A DNA stretch of 64,000 nt. It comes from a virus. The DNA is taken from the IMG/VR virus record IMGVR_UViG_3300045988_167206, positions 96,001-160,000 of that record. One strand, given 5' to 3'. Shown here in pieces: positions 63,637 to 64,000 of the stretch. Numbering within the stretch: the first letter of the stretch is position 1; every line of letters starts with the position of its first letter. Under the pieces are notes generated by a model, which did not search any database, was not told the DNA's origin, and saw only the letters and a program-made list of their open reading frames with translations. The position numbers and the translations under genes were made by a program.

Positions 63637-63813
63637 ATGAAAATGGTAAAAAATGAAAACCCATTAAATACAATGGAAATTCAGCAGACTCCGGACCAGA
63701 AATGGTTCGGGTTCTGCGAGCAGACACATGAGTATACGCCGCCATTTATAAGTAAGAAAAATTTAATAAAAATGCTTGTAATGAAAGGATATGAGGTGAT
63801 AGAAGATGATTGA
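63637..63813 (+). CDS. hypothetical protein (58 aa)
   Basis: The ATG follows the upstream TAA directly; below the track cutoff. Confidence 0.45.
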   Translation: MKMVKNENPLNTMEIQQTPDQKWFGFCEQTHEYTPPFISKKNLIKMLVMKGYEVIEDD

Positions 63814-64000
63814 TTTATTAGAAAAAGCTGTGTTTGTAAAAACACAGGATGAATATAAAAATCTTTTAAGAATGGCTAAATTACAGGGCTTTAAATTAAC
63901 TGATGATTTAAAAGCAGAAATATCATTACCAAATATACTGTTTTTTAATCGAAACAAAATAATTGCTAAATTGAATTCAGACGAAACAAGAATAATATAT
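63806..64000 (+). CDS. hypothetical protein, 3'-truncated by the window end
   Basis: ATGA overlap with the upstream gene; open to the last base of the window. Confidence 0.45.
   Translation, partial: MIDLLEKAVFVKTQDEYKNLLRMAKLQGFKLTDDLKAEISLPNILFFNRNKIIAKLNSDETRIIY

Noticed and set aside
1-64000. Genome-wide stop-codon recoding (TAG or TGA reassignment), as seen in some gut phages.
   Set aside because: All large late genes (tape measure exon 1, terminase, portal, capsid, the 955-aa and 586-aa proteins) are intact long ORFs under the standard code. Only one gene shows an in-frame TAG.

Overview
The window is a contiguous piece of a low-GC tailed dsDNA phage or prophage genome with strong Firmicutes-style Shine-Dalgarno sites. 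All family calls below come from motif reading by eye; no search was run.

Layout:
- 1-41 kb is almost entirely minus-strand. Reading from 41 kb downwards it holds a Bro-N antirepressor-like gene containing one in-frame TAG, several small Zn-ribbon proteins, a Thg1-like 3'-5' nucleotidyltransferase, an Amidoligase_2-type enzyme and a 955-aa protein with a YonO/RdRP-like DbDxD two-barrel polymerase signature.
- The same block continues with HU, a 10-gene tRNA array with unusually long spacers, a beta-CASP metallo-beta-lactamase nuclease, a ClpP-like protease, a metallophosphoesterase and an isolated variable-arm-less tRNA-Leu(UAG).
- It ends with a complete packaging, head and tail module: terminase, portal, capsid, major tail protein, and a tape measure gene split by a group I intron that carries a homing endonuclease.
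- 41.0-42.4 kb is a 1.4-kb non-coding divergent region. It contains repeats, a C-poor tract and a roughly 650-nt hairpin-rich candidate ncRNA or leader.
- 42.4-64 kb is plus-strand and holds about 60 small early-type genes, including a ParB-like nuclease, RadC/JAB, DUF2786, DUF932, a HAD hydrolase and small paralog families.

Other points:
- A 12-13-nt motif, (A/T)GTAAAATTTAA, recurs in at least 10 intergenic positions. In each case it is oriented with the downstream gene.
- A promoter, structured leader, 26-codon hydrophobic ORF and terminator are transcribed antisense inside the tRNA operon.
- I saw no rRNA, CRISPR array, integrase or transposase.
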